Below are positions 1 through 9,597 of a stretch of 63,122 nucleotides of DNA, piece after piece. Both the position numbers and the translations under genes were made by a program. The notes beneath the pieces were generated by a model that saw only the letters and a list, made by a program, of their open reading frames with translations, did no database searches and had not been told where the DNA came from. The stretch's first letter is position 1; every line of letters starts with the position of its first letter. This DNA is from Alcanivorax sp. UBA4485 (GTDB lineage: Bacteria; Pseudomonadota; Gammaproteobacteria; Pseudomonadales; Alcanivoracaceae): NCBI GenBank assembly GCA_002389055.1, contig DGNT01000176.1, forward strand, positions 1 to 63,122, written 5' to 3'.

Positions 1-1
1 C

Positions 2-214
2 CGCACCGTGATCGGCCTGGGCATGAGCGCCACCTTCGACCACGTTTACGGCCTCAAGCATCCGCTGCGTCTCGACTTCGGCTATCAGTACCACCTGATG
101 GAAGAGCGTGAGTTCCAGATCGTATCCAGCCAGCCGACCGCACTGAACAACGACGTGGTGGAAACCAAAGGCGACGTCAATGTATTCGCCGGCTCCATCA
201 GCATGCAGTTTTAA
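2..214 (+). CDS. C-terminus of an OmpP1/FadL-family outer-membrane transporter (AupA-like), 5'-truncated by the window edge
   Basis: Frame is open from the window start. Amphipathic beta-strands (LRLDFGYQYH, VFAGSISMQF) end in a terminal Phe. Lies 9 bp upstream of the Ig-like lipoprotein. Confidence 0.7.
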   Translation, partial: RTVIGLGMSATFDHVYGLKHPLRLDFGYQYHLMEEREFQIVSSQPTALNNDVVETKGDVNVFAGSISMQF

Positions 215-223
215 GGGGGCACC

Positions 224-3200
224 ATGAAGACAAGAATCATTAAGCGGAAAGGAACGCTGCTGTCCTCCGTCGCGATGCTCAGCACCGCGATGCTGCTCAC
301 CGCCTGCGGCGGTGACGGCGGCGATTCACCCGTCGACGACGGCGGAGCCAACCCGGGCGAATCCGGCGCGCAAGCGCTGCTGTACGCCTATCCCGATAAC
401 GGCCAGGGCGAAGTCTCCACCGCCGCACCGGTGGTGCTGCGCTTCTCCAGCGCCGTCAACCTGGGTGAAGCCCAGAACTCGATCACCGTCTACGAAGGTG
501 ATGCGCAAAGCGGCACCATGGTCGCCGTCACCCCGGAATCCGTGGCCGGCGAACCCAACAACGTGCTGCTGCAGCCCGACGAGGATCTGAAGCCCAACCA
601 GATCTACACCGTGGTCATCGAAGACCTGCGTCTGCGCAAAGGCACCGCCAAAGACCAGACTCTCACCTTCACCACCCGGCCGCTGCACGAAGGCCCGAAA
701 AGCCTGGTGGTAAAAGAAGACACCTTCGAAGTCAGTCGGCGCATGCCGGACGGCTCGGCCATGGAACCGGTGATGGATTTCTCCAGCTTCCGCTTCCAGT
801 TCACCCAGCCCATCGATCGCGCCACCGCCAACTACGGCGAAGATCCGGCTAGCACCGGGCCCGGCGGGGGCACTATCCCTGCGGATTCAGTGGTTCTGCG
901 TGACAGCAGCGGCGCGCCGGTGCCCGCAACCCTGCTGATCGACGGCGCCTACATGACCGTGGACCCGGAGCCGGAATACCTGAACGCCGGCGAAACCTAC
1001 ACCCTGGACATCACTGCGGACTTGGCCAGCACCTACGGCGAAACCTTCGGCATGCAGAGCTACACGCTCACGCCCAAGGACTCCTCCCCGAAAGGTGAAC
1101 CGGCCATCCTGGTGCAGAAACTCACCCAGGGCACTACCTCGCGTCTCACCGGCAAGCCAGTGAACGAAGTGCCCGTCAACGGCACCCTGCTGGGCGAGAA
1201 CAAAAACATCACCCAGGCCAGCGCCGAAGTAGTGCGCGCGGAACTGGCGGACGTCACCACCTACACCGACGTTACCCCAATCCGCCTGCCCAAAGGCACC
1301 GTCCTGAACGGCGCGGAAATCAACCCGATCCTGATCGGCGGCGAAGTACCGGCCGGCTTCGGCTCCGGCGACGTCACCATGACCGTGCTGTCCGACGCCA
1401 GCGGCTACCTGGTGCCGAACCCCTATGCGGGGAACAACCCGAACGCTCTGCGTATCGTGCACCTGCTGATGGACGTGGGTATCGCAACCAGCGAAGCGCG
1501 GGCCAACGGTGCCTTTACTCAGGACCTGCTTCACATTGAGCTAGTGGGCTTGGCAGAAGTAGATCCCACTGCCGGCGTGTTGAACCTGGATGCGGTAAGC
1601 ATGGTGGAGCCCAATATCCTGGGTCAAGAATACGGCTACGGGATGCTTAGCTTCCAGTTACAGTCTTATAAAGATCAAAATAATGCACTGGAAGCAACTG
1701 AGGACGTGACATCCCCAACCTTGCAGAGTTGGATTCCCGGAGAGAACGCTGGATTACATAAGCCAAGCGACCCCATTGTATTGAATTATAGTGAGGTTAT
1801 AGATCCTGCTTCGATAAAAGGTGGTCTACATCTTTATAAGAATGGTGCCCCGGTCGATGCGTCGTATTTTGTAGATGGCTCAGCGATAGTCATTAAGCCT
1901 GCAATGCCATTAGAAATGAGCCTTGAAACGAACGATATCATCTATCGACTGCAGCTCGATTTCGCACCAAAAGATTTAGCAGGAAATTCCGCTGTAGTTG
2001 CTTTTGATGAGACTTTCAAGTTGCCAACCAAGGTGGAGCTGAGAGAGCAAGTGGTTTTTGGAAACCCTACTGGTTTCCAGCAGCCAGCCGCTCAACGTTC
2101 ACCTATTGTGCTATCAACTTACCCCGGTTTTCCATGCGCTTTAGTGCCGGAGGAAGTTGATCTCGCTAGTGGTTATGTTGGGCGTTGCGCAGGCGGCTTC
2201 CCTGGTTGGAGTGAAGGAACAAGTTTTGATATTAAAAAAGAAGACGACCACATTCCTTTGGCGGTCCTTCCGAGCAATCGAGCGATACATGTTCAGTTTT
2301 CTAAAACTATTGATCCAGATAGCATAAAACTTGGGCAGAGCTTTAAAGTACAGGAAATAGATGAAAGCAAAAACGTGATTAGAGATATCGAGGGGAAAGT
2401 CGATATTTCAGCGAGGAGCCTTACTTTTACACCGCGTGAACAATGGCGAGTAGGCGCGTTGTATCAATACATTTTAGGGTCGAATGGATCATTGAGTTCG
2501 GGTTCTGCTGTGTGTGATGGGTCAGATGCAATATGTGATGTAGAAGGACTTCCCCTCCAAACACAAATTCTCGGAATGCCGGTTGTGATATCTGAGGTTA
2601 ACCCGCCAAATAACCCGGATTTTCTATATTCTTTGCCGGAAAGAGAATATAAGTTTATTAAAAACGAGGTTCCGGCTAATGCAGGTGGCCCTGACATGAA
2701 GCAGTTTTTCGTCGCAGGAGAGCGATCTAATGATGTTCTTCAGACATTGCGCGGGCTACCCTCTTATGACACAAATGCCAACTTTGTACATGAGAAAAAC
2801 GAGGATATAACTGATGGTTTTGCGCTGGCTACATTCCCATTGGCGAATATATACCAGTATGAGATGGAGGAGCTGGGAGCCGACAGCCAGCCCTTAGATC
2901 CTCGCTCGAATAGTGAGTATGATCCCGGCGGTGTTGTACCACCGCCAAACGCTGCAAAAGTGCTTTCAACAAACTCGAAGGGGCTTCCTGGGATCAGAAA
3001 AAGTCCTTCTGTTGTTGTAACATTGCCTATTAATGGGACAGTCGTTGGATGCGGTTATGGCAGTCCGGCGGAGTTCTTTGATCCGTCAGATACTGATTTA
3101 GGACAGTTTGCTCCAGCCTTAGAATGTCCTGAACAGAAATTTACTTATTTGACCGGTGGGCTTAACGCCGAAGTCACAGATGAAGTAGATCCAGATAAGG

Positions 3201-3688
3201 GCATAAAGGTTATAATTTGGCCAAGCCAAATAGTTGCAAGTTCGCTTTATGTTAGACAAAAAGTCGGGCCAGGGACCACGGCGATTATTACAGAAAGTGG
3301 TATGCAGGTTTTGAGAATGCGCTATGCTGAAAACCAAGCCGGAGATCGTGTATTGCCGATCACAGGCTGGATAAAGTCTGGAGCCGAAGGGCTTTTTCTT
3401 GAAGCTAGTGTTGATCTATACATGGACGGACCAGAACTCAAGAATAAAGGTTTGTTCAGTGTTGTTGATCCCACTCATTCTCTTCTTAGTTATCCCATTT
3501 CTATGGATCTATCAGGGAAAGTGGAGTTTCTTGATGATGGGAGAATGGCTATTGAGCAGTATAATAGTAATCCCGTTAATATCGATGTTAGGATCCAGAA
3601 TAATGAAGGCGCTTGGGTGGGGTCTCTTGATCTTATTATACCGTCGTTCGGGAATAGGTTGAACTTTGTATCGCAATCAATAAAATAG
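224..3688 (+). CDS. Large Ig-like (Big_5-type) repeat lipoprotein, AupB-like
   Basis: 1154 aa with lipobox LLTAC-GG. Repeated Ig-like motifs (PVVLRFSSAV, FQFTQPID, IVLNYSEVIDP, VQFSKTIDP). Follows a FadL-like gene. Confidence 0.75.
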   Translation: MKTRIIKRKGTLLSSVAMLSTAMLLTACGGDGGDSPVDDGGANPGESGAQALLYAYPDNGQGEVSTAAPVVLRFSSAVNLGEAQNSITVYEGDAQSGTMVAVTPESVAGEPNNVLLQPDEDLKPNQIYTVVIEDLRLRKGTAKDQTLTFTTRPLHEGPKSLVVKEDTFEVSRRMPDGSAMEPVMDFSSFRFQFTQPIDRATANYGEDPASTGPGGGTIPADSVVLRDSSGAPVPATLLIDGAYMTVDPEPEYLNAGETYTLDITADLASTYGETFGMQSYTLTPKDSSPKGEPAILVQKLTQGTTSRLTGKPVNEVPVNGTLLGENKNITQASAEVVRAELADVTTYTDVTPIRLPKGTVLNGAEINPILIGGEVPAGFGSGDVTMTVLSDASGYLVPNPYAGNNPNALRIVHLLMDVGIATSEARANGAFTQDLLHIELVGLAEVDPTAGVLNLDAVSMVEPNILGQEYGYGMLSFQLQSYKDQNNALEATEDVTSPTLQSWIPGENAGLHKPSDPIVLNYSEVIDPASIKGGLHLYKNGAPVDASYFVDGSAIVIKPAMPLEMSLETNDIIYRLQLDFAPKDLAGNSAVVAFDETFKLPTKVELREQVVFGNPTGFQQPAAQRSPIVLSTYPGFPCALVPEEVDLASGYVGRCAGGFPGWSEGTSFDIKKEDDHIPLAVLPSNRAIHVQFSKTIDPDSIKLGQSFKVQEIDESKNVIRDIEGKVDISARSLTFTPREQWRVGALYQYILGSNGSLSSGSAVCDGSDAICDVEGLPLQTQILGMPVVISEVNPPNNPDFLYSLPEREYKFIKNEVPANAGGPDMKQFFVAGERSNDVLQTLRGLPSYDTNANFVHEKNEDITDGFALATFPLANIYQYEMEELGADSQPLDPRSNSEYDPGGVVPPPNAAKVLSTNSKGLPGIRKSPSVVVTLPINGTVVGCGYGSPAEFFDPSDTDLGQFAPALECPEQKFTYLTGGLNAEVTDEVDPDKGIKVIIWPSQIVASSLYVRQKVGPGTTAIITESGMQVLRMRYAENQAGDRVLPITGWIKSGAEGLFLEASVDLYMDGPELKNKGLFSVVDPTHSLLSYPISMDLSGKVEFLDDGRMAIEQYNSNPVNIDVRIQNNEGAWVGSLDLIIPSFGNRLNFVSQSIK

Positions 3689-3703
3689 ACGGACCATAAA
3701 TAC

Positions 3704-3732
3704 TAGGGCGCCTCGGCGTAAGGGGCGCTCTA
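3704..3732 (+). terminator. Possible intrinsic terminator after the lipoprotein gene
   Basis: Imperfect stem TAGGGCGCC...GGCGCTCTA followed by an AT-rich tract. Confidence 0.4.
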
Positions 3733-4149
3733 TTAATTTGGGTTGGTTATTATTTTTATTTCCGGCTCTTGAGCCTTGAAGTTATTGTTGGAAAAAAATA
3801 TATATTGAAGGGACGGTCGCAACTTTAAATCGACAATCAGATTCTATCCTTCTTTTCAGTGTAGATACTCTTTCTTCCAGCATGGGCTAAACAGCAGGAA
3901 TCATAATTGATCTGCCCGTGTTTTGGCTGCCAGATTATGCCGGTTTAAACACACTGCAAGATTTTTGATTGGATCGCCTCCTGACTTTCCGTTGCTCTTT
4001 GGGTAGATCCTACGCTTCCCCGTTCAGGTGTAATGATCGCGCTTCTCTTTGTATCCAGCATACCGGGCCAGTTGATTTTCTCGATCTCGTCTAAATATCG
4101 GAAAAGGCGAGTATCTAACCCCCTTGCGGGTAGCTTGGGTTTAACTGAT

Positions 4150-5080
4150 CTGCTTCGGTTTGCCGGTAATCTAGAAGGATGCGGTTGTGTCGACACCAGT
4201 CTGTAAACGCTTCACCCAGGAATTTCTGGCCGTTATCGTTTCTCAGAAATTTCGATAGCCCGCGCTTTGCGTTGGGTTGTCCCAACACTCGCACAAGCCA
4301 GCGTCTGGGCAGAGAGGTATCAATAGTCGCCGGGCTTTCCTGTTTAAAGTCGTTCGCCACGTTGAACGTTCGGAATCGTGGACCGCTACACAGTCTATCG
4401 CTCATAAAATCCGCGACCAGGCCCAGGCCTGACTCTATTCGACTGCGTCGACACGAATAGCGGTAAGGAATTTTGCTGGGGAAGCCGTTTTATCGATTCA
4501 CCCCAGCCGAAATACTGTTTACGGCTCCACCAATGGCTTTGGCGACGTAATCGCCGGACCAGCTTCCGGAACCACTGGCCGGGTTTCCATTCCGCCAGCG
4601 TTGGGAGCTCATTAATTAACGCCCGGTCGCGCTTGCGCCAATCCGTCACTGGTTTGTACTAGGCCGCCCGGGGCAGGCTCATACAACGACAGGCGGCCCG
4701 CACCTAGGATTTTGGGCTAGATAACGAACAGCCCCGCACTTCTTTGGCGGCCTTAGAGGTAAGATCCGTCACGGCACTGTGTGCCAACCCTATATTGGCG
4801 TGCAGTCGCTTCAGCTTGGCGTTCTCGGCTTCCAGCTCCTTGAGTCGTTTCAACTCTGCGGCGCCCAGGCCGCTTATCTGGCTATCCATTGGTAGTAGCA
4901 TGGCGAACGAGTGCCGCGCTTACGGCAAACATCTCTAATCAGCAGGACCGCGTCCGCTTCTTTCATTATCAAAATGATCTGCGTTTTTTATGAAAGGAGT
5001 CTGTTTCCTTGGAAATCTCCTCATTGGTTGATTTTGCCAATTTTCTATTTCCGAGTGCTCTATCTAGTGGGGCAACTTAT
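4150..5080 (-). mobile_element. Decayed IS3-family insertion sequence (orfA/orfB pseudogene); ends approximate
   Basis: orfA-like ELKRLKELEAENAKLKRL and IMKEADA...VCRK. orfB integrase-core fragments RFRTFNVANDF and LRNDNGQKF...FTDWC. Many stops and frameshifts. Confidence 0.85.
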
Positions 5081-5359
5081 TGCGCCGTCGAGTACAAAAA
5101 ATAGAGTATAAGGTCGGATCTGAGTTCCGAACTTCGGCATACTTTTAGGATGTCTGCTTAAAGTAAAGCGCTTGATCCCGCTGGATTCACTTAACAAATG
5201 AGTTCATCTTGCTCTTTCAAATTCAGTACTGGAGGGGATATGTTCTATCCAAAAAAGGGAGGATTCTATATTAAAATTCACATTGTCAGTTCGCGCATTT
5301 ATTTTCTTTGGGCAGCATATAAAATATGATTTGATTATGCTGAAGTGGCGTGTGGTACC

Positions 5360-5390
5360 AAAAAAAGAGGGGAACGCAGCTGCGCTCCCC
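5360..5390 (-). terminator. Rho-independent terminator of PraB-like gene 1
   Basis: GGGGAACGCA-GC-TGCGCTCCCC hairpin next to an A7 tract (U tract on the minus strand). Confidence 0.7.
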
Positions 5391-5415
5391 CGGGTTGGTA
5401 GCTTTTATTTTAGGC

Positions 5416-6030
5416 TTACCAAGCGTTTACGTCAGTGCCGGCTGTGAGAGCGCCATTGACACCGCAAGCGCTTGACCCAACTGAACCGCTGAATTCAAAC
5501 ACGGACATATCGCTTACGTTCGTGTCGCCATTCCGGAAGTTTACATCCACGGCACCACTACAGGAGCCCAAGAAAGTGCTCACGGTTACACCTTGCACTT
5601 CACCATATACCCGATCCAGTGCGTTCACGTCTGCTTGTGAGTCAACACCAGCAACACCACTTCCGGCCACATTGCCATCAGGGGAGGGCAGCCCGGATTG
5701 ACCCACGAACTGCCATGGGAACCCGCTAAGGGTTACGGCGCCGCAGAGGCCCCCACCCATTACGCTACCACTAGTCACGGTAATTTCTACTTCGTCAGAA
5801 GAAACATAGCGTGCCTCGCCAGTAACGCTGAGTGTACAGTTAAGGGTAATGCCACCTTGGTTCAGTGTGCTCGGACCACTAAATGTATAAGTCCCGGGGC
5901 CGGGAAACACGCCTTCCCACTGGCCGGGAACGTTAGCGGGAGTGACCTGCGCGCTTGCGTTCATCGCTACACTCAGAGCGGCAGCGCCTGCGAAAGCAAA
6001 AACGCTTTTCTTCATCATTTCCATAGACAT
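5416..6030 (-). CDS. Secreted PraA/PraB-like (alkane-oxidation activator-like) protein 1
   Basis: Sec signal (...AMNASA/Q). Four Cys with the C-x(~30)-LCGAVTLSGFPW motif. RBS AAGGAG. Confidence 0.7.
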   Translation of the reverse strand: MSMEMMKKSVFAFAGAAALSVAMNASAQVTPANVPGQWEGVFPGPGTYTFSGPSTLNQGGITLNCTLSVTGEARYVSSDEVEITVTSGSVMGGGLCGAVTLSGFPWQFVGQSGLPSPDGNVAGSGVAGVDSQADVNALDRVYGEVQGVTVSTFLGSCSGAVDVNFRNGDTNVSDMSVFEFSGSVGSSACGVNGALTAGTDVNAW

Positions 6031-6307
6031 GAGAGTCTCCTTAATTCCATTGTTTGGATATTTCTTCGGCAGCGATCTTTACTTCTTCCATGGTCGCCGC
6101 CGTGTCGGTGGGTGAGTTGTTGTTTTGCTCCCCGAACCGACACGATTCACGTTAGAGGAGGTGGGAAGGCGGGAGAATAGCAAAAAATGAAAAGGGGTCT
6201 TTCAAAAAATGAAAACATGAAATTCAACAAATGATAAAGTAGAGCAAGAACAGTGACTTGAGGCTGACTTCTTGCGTACAACCATAAACAAAAAAAGTTT
6301 TGCGTCC

Positions 6308-6342
6308 CCGACGAACGGTAGAATATGGCCGACGAGCGGTAG
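6308..6342. promoter_or_regulatory. LytTR (AlgR-type) direct-repeat operator upstream of PraB-like gene 1
   Basis: CCGACGAACGGTAG and CCGACGAGCGGTAG, 21 bp apart. The first contains the reverse complement of ACCGTTCGTC. Confidence 0.55.
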
Positions 6343-6825
6343 TAAATTTGCGAAGGTCGAAAAAACGTGACCGGAATTTTGTCCATTCTTTAAAATCCGG
6401 TTTTGTTTTTCTTGTAAGCTTTTCGCTATTTAATCTGTAAGTTTTTCGCCAGCATCTAGCGTTTGTTACTTATGGTAGCATTTTAACCAATCTGTAGTGC
6501 TTTTCTTGCCTTTTGGTATTCAGGGTCAAGCCGTTCGTTCCTTGATTATCGAAATATTTTGCATTTCCTTGCCTTCTTCTTGTACGTCCGTGGTCGCTTG
6601 CGCCTCTGCTATTAAAGGGCGCGGCGCTTTCGGGCGCCTTCCGTGAAGGGTTGTGCGCGGTTTGTGGCGTACAGGTGTGTGCAAGGAGGCTATTGAGCTC
6701 TAGAGGATTAGGGAGGGGTGCGCGATGCTTGCAAGGATTCGCCGCTGCTAGAAGACAATGCCCCGTGTCCTAGCCAGGCTAAACGGTACCCATCGACGAG
6801 ATACCCATGAACCAAAGGGGTTCGC

Positions 6826-7139
6826 CGCCGGCCGCTCCAATGGTTCCCCGGCGAAACCTTCCCTGAAATGCACGACCTGCAGGAGGCGTACGAGATGATC
6901 ACCAACCGGTTCGAAGAATAGAAAGAACGCCAACGCTTGGTGGGCGTACAGCGGGGTATGCAGCAGGGCGTGGCGCAGGGTCGCTTGGACGGAGAACGCG
7001 CACTGGTCCTTTACCAGATGCAACACCGCTTCGGCGAATTGCCCGCCGCACTTCGCCTGTGCCTGAAAGGTGCCTCCCAGGCGGAGCTGGAACACCTGGC
7101 CGAGCGCGTTTTGGACGCCACCGGCCTTCTTCCAGTAAG
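6826..7139 (+). pseudogene. Rpn-family (YhgA-like) C-terminal/DUF4351 fragment, copy 1
   Basis: FPEMHDLQEAYEMITNRFEE*KERQ...GMQQGVAQGRLDGERALV...RFGELP...ELEHLAERVLDA. TGG>TAG at 6919 and a small 3' deletion. Confidence 0.75.
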
Positions 7140-7219
7140 TAAGAGGGCGCACGGTGGCGTTGCCTTCCTGCGCCAGGTTCCCTGGGAGAGCGATCCCAAA
7201 GTGTGGCGAATCCGTAGTT

Positions 7220-7266
7220 TTTGCGGCAGCCGCAGTTGACCTTGGAAGTCACGCAAGTCTCGCTTT
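7220..7266 (+). repeat. Composite repeat, module A (partial copy)
   Basis: TTTGCGGCAGCCGCA..ACCTTGGAA.TCACGCAA.TCTCGCTTT matches 11257 and 12742. Confidence 0.8.
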
Positions 7267-7385
7267 GTTTGGCATCGCCCCGGCCGCGGCCTTTTACGAG
7301 TTCACTGCTTGCTGTGTCCTATGAGCTTATGACGGTATGTTTCACTGACGTGCAGGAGGAGCCTCGTCAGATCGACTTTTAGGCC

Positions 7386-7423
7386 CAGCGTCAGGGCTCG
7401 TAGGTCTAATAGCCCTGACGCTG
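7386..7423. terminator. Perfect 13-bp inverted repeat downstream of PraB-like gene 2
   Basis: CAGCGTCAGGGCT-N12-AGCCCTGACGCTG. Confidence 0.55.
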
Positions 7424-7438
7424 TGATCTCACGTAAAT

Positions 7439-7909
7439 TCAAGGATTCGTGAGAGTGCCGCTCAATAGGCATGCTTGTAGTGAATGGTCAAATGAGATAC
7501 TTGTTGGTACCGGGTTTCCTGCGAAGTTGACATCATTTAAAGCGCCTGAGCAGGTGCAATAAGGCCCCATGTATACCTTGGCCCCGGAAAAGTCCACGCT
7601 CCCAGATCCATAGTCAAGTTGTCCTGCCCATGGGAACTCGCTGAACTGAACTTGGTTACAAAATGCCGGTCCTCCCACGGTGATGTTAGTGACCAATATA
7701 GATCCAGTGCTTGTATCGATTTCACTTTCTAGGTTAACGCTGCAGCCTTCAATAGCTATACCGTAGCAGTCGAATCCCATGTCTCCAGAGTAGGTTGGTG
7801 ACTGTACCTGTGCTATGGATATTGACGACAGTATCGCTAGAACTCCGCCGATGATGGCTTTTGTAGGAAGGTCTATCTTCTGTGTAGTCACGGTTTTTCT
7901 CCTGATCAT
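7439..7909 (-). CDS. Secreted PraA/PraB-like protein 2
   Basis: Signal-like N-terminus. FCNQVQFSEFPW motif and the same Cys spacing as 5416..6030. Low GC. Confidence 0.65.
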   Translation of the reverse strand: MIRRKTVTTQKIDLPTKAIIGGVLAILSSISIAQVQSPTYSGDMGFDCYGIAIEGCSVNLESEIDTSTGSILVTNITVGGPAFCNQVQFSEFPWAGQLDYGSGSVDFSGAKVYMGPYCTCSGALNDVNFAGNPVPTSISFDHSLQACLLSGTLTNP

Positions 7910-8438
7910 GTACTAAGTAAAGACGCCAGGAACCGGCATCTAATCAACTTTGCGGTGCATGAAAGTGCGGAGGGTAGAAATAAGTCTTTATGTTTTAAGA
8001 AAAAGTTACGCTTGACTACAAGGGGTATAGGTCATTGCGATATATTTCAATAACTTATCGTCGGTGAAAGAGCTGGCGCACTGTTTCTCAAAAGCTTCAA
8101 ATTCAAAGCTCTGGGCAGGAAAAAAGAAAGCTTTTCGGGGCCAGGTATACAAAGAAAAGGCTGTTTATCGTTCTGGAGTGCTAGTTCGTCAGCCGGCGCA
8201 GTGCTTAAAACGGCGGGTTTTCCTTTCGTGTGAGCCGCATTTTTCGGAGCTTAACTGCGCAAATTTCGCGTTTTCGTGCGTTGTTGACCGTGAAATGTAT
8301 GGTTCGGCACGGTTCCTCACTCTTTGGGCCCCTTCTTAACTGTCATTTGCTCAGATCGGCTGCGCATCGTTCGTCCTCTCTTATAAGGATTGTCCGCGTC
8401 GTAGTACAGACAGCGTCCCGCATCCCAGCCACGCTTGA

Positions 8439-8454
8439 CTGTGCCCATAAACAG
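8439..8454. promoter_or_regulatory. Possible LexA (SOS) box
   Basis: CTGT-GCCCATAA-ACAG overlapping a TTGACT hexamer; spacer not AT-rich. Confidence 0.3.
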
Positions 8455-8575
8455 TTGCCCATGGACAAACACGACAGCAGGATGAGCAGGAAAGGAAGGG
8501 GGGCGCGTGTTCGGTGATCAAGAGAAGCGAAAGCGTTGGAGTTGCAGGCTTAATCCTGAGTTGTACAATTGTTCA

Positions 8576-8968
8576 ATGATTACTGCCGACACCAACATTT
8601 TTCTCGCCGCCGCTCTGGATGAACCGGAAAAGCTCGATATCGTGCGGCTTACGGCGGGTGTGGGTGTGATTTGCGCGCCGGAGATTCTTCCCTATGAGAT
8701 AGGTAATGCTTTGAGTGCGATGTGCCGTCGCCGGAAACTGACCGAAGACGAAGCCATCAGCGCTTTGCACATTACCTTGCGGATCCCGGTTCGGCTTATG
8801 CCCGTCGACGTCGAGCGGGCTTTACGCCTTGCCACGGATTTCGGAATCTATGCGTACGATGCGTATTTTCTGGAGTGTGCGAGAAGCCACGGTGGCAATC
8901 TTGTTACGTTGGACCAGCAAATGAAGCGCGTCGCCATCCAACTTGGCTTGCGCGTCTTGGAGCCATGA
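8576..8968 (+). CDS. PIN-domain (VapC-like) toxin
   Basis: ADTNIF, YEIGNAL, YAYDAYFLECA and LVTLD motifs. Confidence 0.9.
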   Translation: MITADTNIFLAAALDEPEKLDIVRLTAGVGVICAPEILPYEIGNALSAMCRRRKLTEDEAISALHITLRIPVRLMPVDVERALRLATDFGIYAYDAYFLECARSHGGNLVTLDQQMKRVAIQLGLRVLEP

Positions 8969-8969
8969 G

Positions 8970-9191
8970 ATGAAAGTGTTTACCTACTCTGAAGCGAGAC
9001 AGAACCTGGCGAAGTTGCTGGACCTGGCGAAAACCGAGGAGGTCCACATTCGCCGAAAAGACGGCTCCGTCTACATTTTGCGCGCGCAAATCGAGCCAGT
9101 GGAATCACCGTTCGATATTCCCGGCATACGAACACAAGCCCGCACCGAAGACATTTTGGACGCGGTCGCGGATACCCGTGCCCGCACCTGA
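8970..9191 (+). CDS. Phd/YefM-family antitoxin
   Basis: MKVFTYSEARQNLAKLLD...EEVHIRRKDG; coupled to the PIN gene. Confidence 0.85.
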   Translation: MKVFTYSEARQNLAKLLDLAKTEEVHIRRKDGSVYILRAQIEPVESPFDIPGIRTQARTEDILDAVADTRART

Positions 9192-9225
9192 ATCGCAGCT
9201 TCACGCCTTCGCCCAGCTTCGGCGC

Positions 9226-9431
9226 GTTTTATGGGCGCCTTTGGTGGCTGGGAGGTGCTAATCAGGCTCGTTTGCGGTGTCCGCAATTAGCGTCTATTTC
9301 GTCGCTTTTGGCCTTAGAATCGCCGGTTGGCACCGGCTTTGCCCGCAATGGTTCCCCGCCGAGACCTGCCCGGAAATGCACGACCTGCAGGAGGCGTACG
9401 AGATGATCACCAACCGGTTCGAGGCATGGAA
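9226..9431 (+). repeat. Composite repeat module B plus start of Rpn tail; colinear with 12872-13077
   Basis: ~206 bp near-identical to 12872-13077, with the same 177-bp offset to the ATG. Confidence 0.9.
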
Positions 9432-9528
9432 AGTGCGCCAGCGCCTGGTGGGTGCCTCCCAATCGGAGCTGGAACACCTGGCCGACGGTGTTCTGGACGC
9501 CACCAGCCTGGACGATCTTTTCCAGTAG
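9403..9528 (+). CDS. RpnS-like 41-aa Rpn C-terminal peptide (copy 2; in-frame internal deletion)
   Basis: AGGAGG at 9389 then ATG. MITNRFEAWKVRQRLVGASQSELEHLADGVLDATSLDDLFQ. Confidence 0.45.
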   Translation: MITNRFEAWKVRQRLVGASQSELEHLADGVLDATSLDDLFQ

Positions 9529-9597
9529 GTTAGTGGCGCCAGGCCCGGGCACATCTCGTGGCTGCTTTGTTCTGCTTTGATGGCATCATCATGTGAA

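Noticed and set aside
224-3688. Diversity-generating retroelement or polymorphic-toxin C-terminus
   Set aside because: No reverse transcriptase, TR/VR pair or immunity gene; the low-GC part continues the Ig-like architecture
3945-4196. 83-aa ORF beside the IS3 remnant
   Set aside because: Appears to be a chimera of IS sequence and an unidentifiable gene fragment
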